Shown one piece after another: positions 26,449 through 41,150 of a stretch of DNA of 64,000 bases. The DNA lies in assembly GCA_012295275.1 (NCBI GenBank), contig CM022665.1, positions 19,654,001 through 19,718,000 of the forward strand, given 5' to 3'. The notes under the pieces were generated by a model. The model saw nothing but the letters and a program-made list of their open reading frames with translations. It had not been told where the DNA came from and searched no databases. Origin of the DNA: Chrysomallon squamiferum. Lineage: Eukaryota > Animalia > Mollusca. Made by a program: the position numbers and the translations under genes. Each line of letters begins with the position of its first letter. Within the stretch, counting starts at the first letter, position 1.

Positions 26449-27129
26449 TACTTCAGTTTTTAGGTTTTAGTTTTAAATGTTTCTGTTAGTTGTTTGTAAA
26501 AAGTATTTCGAACACGTACCATACACAGCATAGGTAAACATAATTTATTTAAGTAATATCATATTTGGCAAAGAATCAGGTTGAGTTTTCGTTTACAGAA
26601 ACACTGGAACGAAAGTTGGTTCTAAAGTCATTAAATATATTCTGTTCTATTTTTCTGAAAATTACAGGATTTTTATTAAAATATATACGTCTTTTTGATT
26701 TTGTTTTGTTTTGTTTTGTTACACAAATATTCCAATATACTATTTATCCTTTTAAATATATCATTTTGGATAGGGCACTTCCAATAGTTGTTATTGCTGA
26801 TGTTTTAATCTGAACTGTATTTAAATTAATAATATCATTTTCTTAGTCTAGTTAACTTTATTTTGTGATATTAGTGATACTGGTCTTTGCGGTTTAGTTT
26901 ATTTATTTTTGTTCTTTTTTTCCAACATTTTTAAAGATTGCTGTCATGTTGAGAAAACATGCAAGTTGCTCGAGTAAAACGGAAAAGAAATGATTCTGAT
27001 ACATGGCAAACGGAGCTAACAGCATCCCTTGAGGAAATTCGCCCATTTATCTTCTGCTGACAACTATTCCCTCCTCTGAAACTAAATCTGATGTGAAGAT
27101 AAATAACAAGAAGAAAATTATTATATAAG

Positions 27130-27318
27130 TACAATACAATTTATCCGGATTCCAGAAGGTGCCCTAATGTGTATCTGATCGACATAATTTCGTACTTTAC
27201 TTTTCATTGTTTATTTTATATTTTAAGTATATATTAAGCCTTGGTCTAGAAAATCGGAAATCTAGAAATCCGGATCATCCCCAAACCCAAGATTGCAGGA
27301 TAACTGGTGAAACACTGT
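27130..27318. mobile_element. Degenerate MITE related to 6848-7030
   Basis: aaatccggatcatccccaaacccaagattgcaggataactggtgaaacactgt resembles the right end of the 6848-7030 element; ttatccgga lies near the left end. Confidence 0.45.
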
Positions 27319-27564
27319 TGCGGGTAAATGTGTAACATAAAGTCCAAAAAGAAATCCTACACAATCGTTCAAAACGCAGTGTCAGGTGAGAACAGATGGG
27401 TGCTAGTACTGGAAAGTACAGCAGAGTCTGAGTGATGGTGAGAGACACTGATATTCCAGTTCGTAGCAGCAGACGCGTTTTTGAAGTATAATAAGAACAA
27501 ATGAGTTGAATTATATTGATTCTTATTCTCTTTATTATTAGTAGTAGTATCTCTTTATTACTAT

Positions 27565-27623
<59 letters not shown>

Positions 27624-30549
27624 GAAGTAGAGTAGTAGTACTAACAGTAGAAATAGTCGGATTAGTAATAGTAGTATTGATAGTAACAGGCTATTTTTAT
27701 TATTCACACACGTTAGAGGACAAATCTACGCTGACAGCGTGTGAGACAGATATATGAAAGATATTTTTCTGTCATAATTTCAATCATTTTTTTTTTTTTT
27801 GTATGTATCTAGATTTATAGATATTGGTGTTAGCGCATGCATGCTTGCATTTATTTTGTATGTATTAAAATCTAGAAATGTAACACTGACATGTTCATAA
27901 TTATAATTAAGGGAATTTCTTCTTTTTTTTTTTTTTTTTTTTTGGTCTTATCTACTTAATTAGATTGTGCAATTGTATTTAGATTAAAAAAAAAAAAAAA
28001 AAAAATTCATACTTTTTAAAATTATTTAATCGAAATACCTAATTATTCTCAGTGTGAAAACAGCTAATATTAATAATTATTACGACTGAAAAAACAGCGC
28101 GGTAAAAAAATCTGCATTTCGTCATTAGTTAACCTATTGCGTCATGACGTCGAGGCAGGCATATTTTTGTATAAACAAGCGACCTCTGTTTCATTAGGTA
28201 TTGCAAAATAATTTTTTGAAAGGTATTTCTTTCTTTTTTTCTCATAAATGCAATAACATTTTTCTGAGTTTATAAGGAATGGAAAATTAAGTTTTCATAT
28301 ATTTTATTTTTGTGCTGTAATTGTGTCATTTTCAGAAGCACAGACGTTACAGTATGTAAACTTGAATAGATCTATTTTTGTAAAGTTTTAAATTTATAAT
28401 ATGAAGTGTATATTTATACTATTTGAAGTGTCTCTGACACAACTATGTAACTGAAATTTCTGTTTAAAAAAAGAAAAATTACCTTTTCTCCCAGTTTTCA
28501 TTTGAAATGCTTGACTAATCAAAAATATAGAGCCAAAAATCTGGATGGTTAATATTAATGGTAGTGGCAATATTACTGTTCATCGGGACCATCTCATCAA
28601 ATCAGTGATGTTGACATACAGCTCTTTAAAAAAAAAAATATTATTATTATTATTATTTTTTTATTATTTTTTTTTTTTCCATTGATATCGGCATAATTCG
28701 ATAAAGTAAATCAGTGTATCTTTTCGTCTGTGTATCGTTGCATCGCGCCATTTTGGATGTTTTCTTAGAAAATGATCTCCCACATAGAAAAAGCTGATGT
28801 AAATGCCATATGTAAATGCCATCATTCCATCAGCTTCTCTTGGGTATGCAAATGACAGCCCTCTGTGACGTTGATTGTATTTTTAGGATAAACCTGCTAC
28901 ATCTCTGGATCAAGACTTGTGACAACACACTGATGCGAAATAGCTAAATCGGGTAGACTATTTATCTTTATTTTATTTATTTTTTTAATTTAACTTTAAA
29001 TTTAAAAAAAAAAAAAAAATTATTATTATTATTATTTTCTTTCATTAGAAGTACTGGCACACATCAGACACACAGATAAAAATACCAAATAAGATATAAT
29101 TTGATTATTTTTGTATTTTGAAATACGATTTAGGTTAAAAACTCAAAAGGCAGATCAAAGTTTGGCCCAGTTTGGATACTTAATTGTCAGTAATAATAAT
29201 AGGATCTACCGCATTCAACGATAGTTCCAAATTACATCCGGCTTTTGTACAAGCAGCTGCTGTTTCTGTGGGCGTCTTCGGAGACTGGTAGTAGTGGTCG
29301 TTAAGACAATGCAGCCAATAAAACGAAATTGTCTCAAAATTTCAGATTCAGAAGTACATAGTGAAAATGATTTAATAAGTGGTGCTGCACATGCTTCCTC
29401 AGCATTGCAAATAAGAAATGACGAGATTGCCTAAGTTTAAAATAGTAGTAGTAGTAGTGATGGTACTAATATTAGTACTAAGTAGTGGCAGTAGAAGTAA
29501 TAGTAACAGTAAAATAATAGCAATTGTAGTACATAGTATTCTAGTACTAGTAGTAGTAGTAGCAGCAGCAGTAATATGAATGATACGAGACTGTGACATT
29601 ATCTGTAATAAACAATACATGCAGCTGAAATAATACCTGTTATAATGTACACGAGAACAAAATATTACCTGTTTTAACTATAAGTATACATGATACATAC
29701 GATGAAGTCTCGTGTAGTTAACGAATATAGTATTACACATAGTTACATTAACAACAGAAAAAAACTAAACAAAAAAACCCCACTAATCTCATCTGCAGGC
29801 AAAACGCGTCATGGTTTGCTTGAATAGAAACACAATAAGATTTACCTTTCACGAACTAAGGGGGCGAAACTGCTTGTCGGTGTTGTAGTAAAGCTCGAGT
29901 TATTGTTCTTTCTCGTGATTGAATTGACGATAACAGAATTTATTGTGTTCATAACTTTTATATAAATTCTGTATGTATGTGTTTTATTAGATATATTTAT
30001 TAATCATCTTGTGTCAAGGGTAGTGGGTAGGGGAACACCCTTTCAAATTCTGGCACAGCAGTAAGGAAAATCAGGGCAAACAAAAGATAAATTCGTACTT
30101 CTGTTTTTAATTTCTTTTCCTTAACCAGCAATAAATTAACAACAACAACAACAACAACAAAAAAAAAAAAAAAAACCAAAACCCCCGCAAACAAAAGAAG
30201 ATAGTTTCTTTTCGTATTTACAATACACATCTCGAGATTGTATTTTTCCTTTTTAATCATTTTATTTTTATTGTTATTATTATTATTATTATTATTACCA
30301 TTTATTTTAGGAAACCTTCCAAATTTAAGTAACTAAGACGGTCTTGTTTTTGCAATCCTGTTTGGTTCTCACGGAGCTGAATTAATTCCACACAGTAATT
30401 AAAAACTGACAATTTGGGACGAAAATATTTGTAAATTCTGAATTTACTTCTTCTTTTTTTTTTGAGTCTCTCTTCACTTGGGATTATTACATCTAAAAAC
30501 GTAAGTCTACTATTAATACAAATATTTCTCTCTCTGTCTGTCTGTTTGT

Positions 30550-30558
30550 ATCTATCTA

Positions 30559-30649
<91 letters not shown>
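30550..30649. repeat. (TATC)n-(TA)n compound microsatellite
   Basis: Direct reading. Confidence 0.9.
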
Positions 30650-30652
<3 letters not shown>

Positions 30653-31475
30653 ACAGGAAATATATATAATTCCTGAACATGTCAAATAATATGTGTACTC
30701 ACTGAATTAAAACTAATATGGCCGCGGGAATCCTAGCCATCCACACAGCCAAGGATCCGTAGACAAAATAAGCTGTGACTTTAAGGACATGTATTGACAA
30801 CAATACAACAGAATGGACTCTTGGACTCAAACGCGTTCAGTTTCAGAAGAAATATGTTTTCCCATTTGCGGTATTGCTGGGTTCTAGTGCTCGCACTGGC
30901 CTATCATCATCTAGCCTTCCTCCTGAAATTCTTCATTGACTGCAGCCAGAGGATGATCTACTTGCAGCCATTGCATTATCATTTTCTTTAGTGAATCAGA
31001 CATTATATGCATTTCTCAAACAACAACAACACCACCAACAACAATAAAGACAAGTGTTTTAATCACACTAGAAATGCTACGTGATTGTTAAACCAAGTGT
31101 TAAAGCGTTAGCTACTACATTTTGATTAAAAATATAACAAAATATAGGCTAATGCATTACTGAAAGATTAAAATCTGCAGTATATATTTATAATATATTC
31201 CCCTAATATTTCAATGTCATCTTTTAAAATCTACAATTTAAATATTAAAGACAGTTTTCTCGATCTGGTGACGTAATTATTTCGGACTTACGGCTGCCGG
31301 ATATTTTCAAACAAAGCGTTTTCCGAAATCACATTTGATGCAGATAACATGATTCCTAACCTACATGTTAGCACGAGTGGAAACCAAGTATTTAATCAAC
31401 TTCCTGCACTTGATTAATGCGCCCACAAACGGTTTCTCTAACTTAACAGACGTTGTTGTCTGAGTGGCAATTGTG

Positions 31476-31485
31476 GTCACGTGAC
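31476..31485. promoter_or_regulatory. Perfect GTCACGTGAC palindrome (extended E-box / CLEAR-type) in the probable SLC16 promoter
   Basis: Lies in a CpG-containing stretch ~180 bp upstream of a consensus donor (31665|GTAAGT). Further 5'-UTR splice signals are a candidate exon at 33135-33229 and an acceptor before 33308. Confidence 0.5.
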
Positions 31486-32206
31486 AAACTACGCTTGTTT
31501 TACTCGATCAGCTGACTAACAGCTAATAGAAGGCAGAATAAGGTAACAGTCGGCATTACAAAATAGAGAAAACATTTTAACGCGAAATCTTTGCTAGATA
31601 CTTACTACGGTGTTACATCAAGAAAAAAAACATGTGTTTCCACGGAGATGACATCAAATAAGAATGTAAGTACTACTATATTTATCATATTCTGAAAATT
31701 TTCCCTCAAGAAATATATCGATTTCCTCAGGGTTATATTAACATTTCAGCCGCTAAACGCTTTTACATTCAATAGACTGGTGAAGGTGCTGCTTATTTTC
31801 CTGATACGCTTCGTATATTCGGGGTTAACACAGTCCTTCACTGATTTATTTTACAGTTGTTGTTTTTGAGAAATAGTAATGTGTTAGATAACACAAATAG
31901 AGGTCAAGTACCATAATAATCCCTGTAATGTCATGACATTCTAGACAGTACATTAACAGCCGTACTGAGTAGATGTGAATAGACTACTGTTTACTGCAGT
32001 GTGAAGTGGCAAATACGATTTCGTTTGTTATCGAAAGTATAAGCTCATTGAAGATAAAATCTGATCCTAATTACTCACAAAAAAAAAAAAAAAAAAAAAT
32101 TAAAATAAAATAAATAAATGAAAAATACATAAATAAATAATATTTAAAAAAAGAGAAAGAATAATATGTATAAATGTATATATATTTTTAATGTTATTTA
32201 TTTATT

Positions 32207-32252
<46 letters not shown>

Positions 32253-32911
32253 TTAAAGATAAAATGCAAACTAGTTTTAATATTTCCTTTCTGAACGCTA
32301 ACACTAACTCTACTTATATTTGATTGGGAGCCACGACTTTAAAAACAAAAGCATGTAAGTGAACCAAGGGAAAAAAATAAAAATATATATATATATTTGC
32401 TAGATCAGAAAAAACATATATCTCACATTTGGGTTTTACAGTTTACTTGTATATACTGAGAGATTACTTTGAGTATTACTTCCACTAATATTATTTAATT
32501 TTTGCTACATTTATACTGCTGTGATAACCAGCCATGTATTTAATTTTCAACACTAAAACAAAATATCATCTATATGATGATTTGCATTATCAAAGAAATG
32601 TATGTCTGTTTTTAATAAACTGGTTAACTGGAATGCAGGAGCCTTGCAGCAGATTTGATGGTCACAGTACAGTGTACAGTTTTGAAAATCAGATTTATTA
32701 TTTACCCGTCTTGCATATTATTTGTATATTTTCATATGAAACTATTCTTAAATGGCGTGAAAACAAATATGTTTGTGTTACTGAATCTTTCTCCACTTGA
32801 CACTGTACTCTTTTAAGGTTATCAGTTTGGCTGATAAACCACTTTACTGTAACTCGCCTCTACAAGAAGTATAATAAATAATAACATATAACAGTTAGAA
32901 GTGAGTTGTGG

Positions 32912-32961
<50 letters not shown>

Positions 32962-33260
32962 TTATAATAATAACAACAACAACAATAACAACAGATGAAC
33001 ATTATTTTTCTGTAATTTTATTTTTATCTGTATTAATGATTTGATTAGACTAAATTAAATAAGCCTTTAAAAACAGCATATTGTTTGTTTCTTTTTTCTT
33101 TCTTTCTTTTTTTTTTTCATTTTTTTTTTTTCAGATATTAATACTCAACAGAGAGACCAGTCAAATACTGGTTTTGATTTTCAGTGCTTTTGAAAAAGAT
33201 TTATAATTATGTACAGCCTGAACTGCTATGTAAGAACGACAGCCTTATCGTTAATGCTTC

Positions 33261-33305
<45 letters not shown>

Positions 33306-33424
33306 AGGTGGTTGGTTTGTAAAGCTGTGTCGCAATATTCTCGTCGAAAGGTCAAGTTAAGGGGCGTTAGTATAGTCAAGAGCGATAAAAAGACACTTTA
33401 GCAACAGTTGTTACTCCAGCGACG

Positions 33425-34254
33425 ATGACAAATAAGTCACTACTGGCAAACGGGGTTGTAGAATCCAAACATCCGCTCCAAACAGCAGACAGCAACGATG
33501 TGGCTACTAAAATCGAAAGCCAAAATGAGGAATTCCTTCCAACGGACGGCGGATGGGGTTGGGTCGTCTGCTTTACGTCGATGTGGACGAACGGTACGGT
33601 GTTCGGAATTCTCAATACTTTTGGAATTATCTACGTGGCTATGCGAGACGAGTATGCAAATAACGATCCAGACATTTCCTTCAAAACATGTACGTATAAA
33701 TTTACAGTAACAGCCGTGTACATACACGCAGTTAGTTTTAATGCTGATTAAATGTTTCAACCATAATAATACTCGTTCAAGAAAGAGGTTTGTGTGTGTA
33801 TGTGAATGTCTGTGTGTGTCTATGTATATATGTGTATACTGGGATGTTTTTCTTTATTATTTATATTATTAATATTATAATTATTACTACTGCTACTACT
33901 ACTTTTTTATTATTATTATTAAATGTTGTTCGTAATAGAGAAATATCTCTAAACCGTATCTTCAGTAAACCGTAATTCCTCAACACCTAAATACTAAATA
34001 TAAAACCAGAGACTCATTCAAACCGAACTGTTTACTGCAGACGTCTGACTGCATATAAATAACATATGAAATATACTTCATTTATTGTATTACAACAGTT
34101 CTATTTATAGGGCCGTATTTAAAAAGAGACAGATGGGCTCTCCAGATTTCCTTTATAGAAATAATATTATTTTATTATTAAAATAATTAACCGTATGTCA
34201 TGTGTTACTATAATTAATATCTTATAATAACAGTGTAAAAAAAAAAAAAACAAC

Positions 34255-34320
<66 letters not shown>

Positions 34321-34521
34321 GAAAACCTTAAAAGTGACAAGCATAATTTAAAGACATAAGGGCAATAAAGCTCTTTATATCTTATCTGATAACCATTACT
34401 TTATACCATTATGGCCTATATAAAAAACTCAGAATTGTAGTCAAGTTCAAGTTATTATAGTCAATAAAACTGATTAAACGAAAAAAAAAAAAAAAATCAG
34501 ACATCTTCTTCGGAACCTAAC

Positions 34522-34553
<32 letters not shown>

Positions 34554-34755
34554 TTTATAATTTTTTTATTTTTTCAGGGTTTATCGTTCATTTCAGTTCA
34601 TTTCTTTTTTCTTTTTATATTTTTTTTTTTTATTTATTTTTCTTTCTTTTATTTATTTTTTATTTTCTTTAATTTATATTTATATGGTGAGGGACCCCAC
34701 CACCGAACCTCAAGTGCCACGGGCATGCCAAGGTCTACAGCCAGCCCTGCCTATT

Positions 34756-34788
<33 letters not shown>

Positions 34789-37700
34789 GTATATATCTTT
34801 GAGCGTTAATAAAACGTTATTCAGATCTAATATCAAACCCACCATTGTGTCAAAGTAGGAGGGAGTATACGATTTGTTATACTGAATGAGCGGTTTTTAA
34901 CAACTGTCACTTGTACCTGCTTTTGTTCGTACTGAACGTGACCTGGAATAGATACCTGCGTAAACACATGCTTGATTTGAAACCTAGAGCGGCTTGATAC
35001 TGAACCCTGGGTTTGTGTAAACTAGTCGTGTAACATAACCAACTAAATAACTCGATATTTCAGTCAGCATAATGAAGGGATATAAATATAATTCTCAGTA
35101 ATCATGCTTAATCCCACTTCACTATATAACTTTCATTTTCACCTTTTTTTTCTTTTTTCTTTTTTTGTCTTGCTGTTGCATATTGCATTATCGGAGTGCT
35201 GACTCTAACTTCATACTTGCAACTAGCACCTCTTTGAAATAAAGATATGTACTAATTTTTTAACACATGAATAAAAACCGAAAACTATATTTTTAAAGAA
35301 ATTGCATTAATAAACCTGTAATCGTTATTGGCTGACGTCATCACATATCTGTGAAACAACAGTAACTTCTTCAACGTTTCGAAGTGTCTGGTGATTTATT
35401 GTATCATATCATAGAGTGCTTTCTTACAGCACATTCGTGATCGCTTGATGGAACTCGTAATGTTACTGCAATCGGTTGATCAGTCTCTGCTGTAACTAAG
35501 AAGCAGAAACTAGAGAAACCTGAAACTTCGGATCTGTTGATGCCAAACAGTGGGTAAAGCATCGTCAGCAGTGCAACAGCCTTTTCCCACTTTGATTCAG
35601 TGAATTTCCCCCAGTGTTTTAGTTGTAAACGCAACTTTCGCCTAGTTCGAAACTGATGCGCGAAAATCAAATATTAATTTTGTTGTAGACTTCGTAGTTT
35701 TTATTTGTGCCCGTTATTTGTATTTGGGTTAAAGTTTAAAGTAACGCGGCAGTTTTAACTCAAGTGCATTTACAGTTACAACATTCAAGTAATAATAAAC
35801 AGATCCCGGATTCACGCCCTTAATCTATTTAAGCATTTTATTTATTTTTGCATATACACGAACAGCTTGCGTTTATATATATGTTTATTTTTCCTTTGTT
35901 TTATTATTGGTTTTTATAGTATTTGTGACATTTTTGTATGTATGTGTGTATGTGTGTGTGTATGTATGTATGTATATGTGTGTCTGTGTGTATCTATGTA
36001 TGTGTGTAGGTATATGTATGTATTTACGTGGATGTGTATATATGTTTGTATGTGTATGTTTTGGTGTACACAGTATATGAATGTGTGCATGTGAGTGTAT
36101 TCATATACATGTTTTTAGCATTTGTTGCATTAAAGATAAATAGACATTAACTACATATAATTTTGTTCACAGCTTGGGTAGGTTCTGTCTGCACAGGAAT
36201 GACTTTCTTGATGTGTATGGTGGCCAGCATCGTTAGTGACCGCCTGGGAATACGTAAAACGGCGCTGTTTGGCGGGGTTCTTGGTGTTATTGGTCTCATC
36301 TCCAGCGCCTTTGTTGAAGAGTTACAGCTACTTTACTTGACATATGGAATCTTTCTGGGACTCGGAATGGCTTTTGCTTATTCACCTTCTCTCGTTATAC
36401 TTGGCCATTATTTCAAGAAACACATGGGTCTTGTGAATGGTATCGTGACCTTTGGAAGCGCCGGTTTCACAATTGTTCTGTCACTGGTTCTGCCTAAGCT
36501 TCTTGCAAATGTGGGTCTGAGATATACACTGATAATACTGGGCGCACTCAATTCATTACTTGTATTGTGTGCCTTAACCTGGAAGCCGCGTTTGAAGAGA
36601 GAGTCTAAGCTAGCGCACATTGCCTTGTCCACAGAAAGCATAGTGGAACACTGCACAGATTGTTGTTCCTGGACTGGGAAATTTTTGAATGTGAATATAT
36701 GGAGAAATAGGGGATATGTCGTGTGGGCCGTAGCTAGTGGTCTTTCTCTCTTTGGATATTTTGTACCGTTTGTACATTTGGTGAGTATTTTCTACTAGTG
36801 ACTGATTTTATCAACTGTTGATGTATGTCAAATATTTAAACAACCTTACATCTTAAAGATAATAATTATTTTTGAAAGGATTTTTCTGAAATTTTGTTCG
36901 AAGATTCTGTTGTACAGTTAACACATAAAGTTAATAGTGTTTTTGTATATTCCAAAGTAAGGTATGGGTTAATCAGAATTTGTGTTGATGCACATATATG
37001 CATAAATATATATATATATACACACACACAGAAAAAAGGTAAAATATTCAACTACAAATAATGATAATTTTAAATAATGTTTTTTTTTTTAAATGTACCT
37101 TTGGATTTCATTTTTCAGATTAAACATACAAAAGATGTCTTTCCGGATTCAGACGGCAGTCTTCTTATCATGTGCATGAGCATCACATCTGGAATTGGTC
37201 GAATTCTATTTGGAAAAGTAGCGGACTTTCCATGGGTTAGTCGAATCCGGATGCAGCAAATCTCGCTTGCTGTTCTAGGAATAAGTACCATGTGCATTCC
37301 TTTTTCAGCTAGTTTTGGAGGCCTCATTGCGATAACACTGGTGATGGGAATTTGTGACGGTGTCTTCGTCTGTCTCGTTGGACCTATTGCATTTGATATT
37401 GTTGGTCCTATTGGAGCATCTCAGGCCATCGGGTTTATTTTAGGGATATTCTCTGTTCCTATGATGGTCGGTCCTCCTGTTGCTGGTACGTAATATAATT
37501 TTCCTTCCCATGGCTGTTATTATTATTATGAGAATTATTGGCATTAATTGCAAACCGGAATTACTGAATGCTGAAAGCAGTGATAATATATATATATATA
37601 TATTATCTAAAATAAAAAACACAAATATATACATGTATTATAAGTCATATCTCCACTTGAAAATTTGAAGTTATCTAAAAGGACATTAATTTATCACACA

Positions 37701-38517
37701 CTACAAGATAAGATGAGAGCTGAGTTGTCAGTTTTAATTTTAACGCTGATAAAACTATAATCGTGTCAAGATGAAGGTTTGCCGATTCATTACTTCATAT
37801 GACTCGTCATTATTTTCTGTTAAAAGCTGAATCCTTTCAAACGGATTATACATTTTCGTAATCACTGTAATTGTTGAAGACAGTTCTTCCATAGATTCAA
37901 AACAGAATGATTAAATCATTAATTCTGTTGTTTCAGTGTAAAGTAAAGTGTTTACAAACTGTATTTTATTTCAGGGTTTCTCTATGATCACATGGGAAGC
38001 TACACGATCGCCTTCCATGCGGCTGGTATTCCTCCCGTCATTGGTGCTATCATCATGTTTTTCATACCCATCACCAGGCAAAATTATCCGGCGGTTACAG
38101 AAATCGAGGAGTTTGCTGCCGTTTCTGTACACAGCATATTGGAAGGAACATCTGGTAAATACTTTAAATTTTCTATAAATTATGTTCCAGGTTATTATTC
38201 TTATATGGCGAACTGGTATGAAAAAAAAAAAAAAAAAAAAAAAAAAAAACAATAAAAAAAAAGAAATATCAACAACAAAACCTAACAGCGCTTTCTCTCT
38301 ATTCCCATATATCCATCATGAGATTTTTTATGTTTCAGCTACATCAAATGTTGCTACAAAATACAGCAGTCCTGCAGAGAGAGAGATGTTAGTTATAAAA
38401 GATGCTTCAATGCTAGCCGAGCTGCAAGTAGCTGGCGGTGACATCGCTAAGGATTTAGAACATGAAACAAAATTGAAGGAGATGACAACTTCTGGTGCAG
38501 ATGCAGATATTTCTTGA
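33425..38517 (+). CDS. SLC16A10: Monocarboxylate transporter family (SLC16), MCT10/MCT8-like aromatic amino acid transporter, 5 coding exons, ~532 aa
   Basis: Exons 33425-33689, 36173-36780, 37119-37485, 37975-38154, 38339-38517. All introns are GT-AG with consistent phases (1,0,1,1); total 1599 nt. SLC16 motifs include PTDGGWGWVV, WVGS, SDRLGIRKT, YSPSLVILGHYFKKHMGLVNGIVT, FGYFVPFVHL and GPPVAGFLYD. The symbol denotes the closest family member; it may be co-orthologous to SLC16A2 and SLC16A10. Confidence 0.9.
34108..34749. mobile_element. hAT-type MITE remnant in the first coding intron of the SLC16 gene
   Basis: Termini TAGGGCCG...CCAGCCCTG flanked by near-identical 8-mers tctattta (34100-34107) and cctattta (34750-34757), consistent with an 8-bp hAT target-site duplication. 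Confidence 0.55.
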
Positions 38518-40699
38518 TCTTTCGTTTAAAACAGTATATTTATTCAGAGAACAGTATTTTACACTAATGATATCGTTACGTCAGACTGGGGGAAATCATA
38601 CTTTGTTGGTAGGGAAATTCTTATCCTAATTCCAATTATGAGGTCGTTATTTGCAGACCTTATGGAAGGGAAATAATAATGTGAAATTCGGATATCACTA
38701 TTACCCCCATCTTTTCCGGTGTATTTTAAAAGTAAAATCAGATCGATGTTAAGGATTGTCACAAACAATTATCTGAGAATAATAACATTATAATAAGCTA
38801 TTTTCATTTTTATTAACAGAAATGATCTTTTTAACTGTTACTATAAAGTGAAAAAATAACGTAATTTTAATTTTAATTCACCATGTGGGCCTTATGAATA
38901 AAAATATTTCCATATCTGTAGGGAGTTATAATTTATTTTTATTATTATTATTCTTTTTATTTTATTTGATGTATTTATTTTTTTAAATATCACGCGTAAA
39001 AAAATTAAATATTTACACTATTTTTGTCATTGTTTCTTGCTCATTTCATTTTCGAAATGAAATAAATTAATATATATGACAAAATACGCTCTTTATTTAT
39101 TTATTTTTTTGTATTATACTGTTATTAAAAACATATTTTACCGTTATTAGAAATATGAAACTGGTTGTAATTTTATCAGTTACTGCCCTTGCATGCATAA
39201 ATGTTTGTTAACTTTAAATCCAGTATTTTAAGACTATTATGCATGACTAGATTTGGTAGAGAAACATGACGTCGAATAATTCAAGCTTGGGAACATTTTT
39301 TAAAACTAAATAATATATAACTGAAATCAAGTTGGAGTAAAACGTAACCAAAAACGACACAGAACTTCTCTGCAGTTAACAACTGCCTCCCAGTAAATAA
39401 AATTATATATTTTATAATGCTAGTTTAATTTTTAGTCCATTTATATTTTAATTAAATATTAAAAAAAAAAATAATTATAACAAACATACGTTCTTTTAAT
39501 TAAAAATGACAAACTTGGATAACTGTGTTAATGCATTTCATATTGAAATTAATGTAAACACTTTTCAGTGACCTCTTCTATATTAAAAATATTCATACAT
39601 ATTGCAAACAAATAGTCTGTTAAACATTAATAAATACATTTAATCAGTTTTAAAAACAATATTATTTCGATGCACGATATAACAGTTTATTACAAAACGC
39701 TCGTTTTTATGCCAAGAAATAATTACATAGTTAATATTAAAATCAAGTAAATTTGATAATAAAGTCAATATATGTGTAAACTTTGTATTTAGTCACTTAC
39801 ACGTAGTCTTTTGGGTAGGATAAATACAAATTATGAATATGGACGCGGACAATTTTCAAATTAACAAAACCAATAGACACTGGTTGCATATACAGAATAA
39901 CAAAAAATATGAATTACAGTTTAAAATAATAAATAAAAGTTTGAAAATAAGCAATCTTAGTTATATATTTGTGTCACTGAGACTTTCTTTTCCTATCTTT
40001 TTCTGAGGTTGCAGAGGTGACATTGAATTATGTCTTCAACAGTTTTTATTAAGTTAAAAGTATTGTATTGCATTGACTATTGTGACTGTGCAAATATCAC
40101 TTGAATGTAAACTGTAATAATAGTCGGCTCAATAATTGTATCGCTCCAATTTTAATTCAAATAAAGGTCAGAAATCATACAGGGAAGAACAGTATTATAT
40201 ATGATCAATCAGTACATAAAAGGAATTGCAGTGTTTTGTGCACGATGCACGCAACCCGCTGGTTAATTTGCCTCGGAGTTCTGTTACAGCAGAATTACAC
40301 AAAAACAACAACAAAAACAAACAACCCACAGTCGTTACTGCTATACAAGTATATAATATCAGGTCAAACAGAAAAAGATCATATACAGAAAGGTTTGTTT
40401 AATACATTTTATACTAGACAAACTGTTTAAAATGCAAAAAGATTGTGCTGAGTTTTACAGTTAGAAACTGATGGTGATAATAGCTTAGTAATAACCGGGA
40501 TAATTAAAATAAATAAATAAATAAATAAAAAGCCTATGTTTGACCCTAGCTTTTTATACAGTATTTCTTGAATGTTTTCATGGCAACTGTCACAGATAGA
40601 AATGTTTACCCCAGCTGTTGTCCAGTCACGAGAAAACAAAATAACTCGTACTTTACTGTGATGATGTGAAGCAGTATTACGCCCCTTTAGTAAGTCAAG

Positions 40700-41150
40700 G
40701 TAGTCTCTCTCACTGAACTACCAAGACTGGCATTCGCGAGAGAATTTTCAAAATGTCTTCTCAATTTCCTCGCCTCAATCGCAGGGCCTCACTCTCGTGC
40801 TGCAATTTTGGACATGTTCAAAAAATTCGTTCGACAAATTTTCTCTCAAAATAGTCACATAGTCGCCGCGGATGTCTCGAACCCGCCTCAGTTTAATTTC
40901 CATCAGTCAGAAAGAGCGACAAATGCGAGAGAACTTTGTGAGGGGTTGGCGACCTATGAAACTAAACTGTGATTGACTGAAGACAAAAACTGAGGATCTG
41001 ACATTATTGGCGCGATACAGGCTCGAATTACTCTGGGACCCATGGGAGCGAGACAGAATTGCGAATCAGCTGAAAATAAATTGCGATGAAATTGCGACAT
41101 TTGTCAGTTGTCACGCAAAAAGGAAAACATTCGCAATTTTGTCGAGCGAA
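40700..41150. mobile_element. Fold-back/MITE-like DNA transposon remnant directly upstream of the GH3 gene
   Basis: CpG-rich relative to background, with nested inverted repeats: ttcgttcgacaaatt (~40827) vs aattttgtcgagcgaa (~41135), and cctcagttt..tcagtca (~40886) vs tgactga..aaactgagg (~40974). Contains the near-palindrome ttttggacatgttcaaaa. Confidence 0.55.

Noticed and set aside
30720-31000. GC-richer, coding-looking stretch upstream of the SLC16 promoter
   Set aside because: In-frame stops in the frames examined and no recognisable product.
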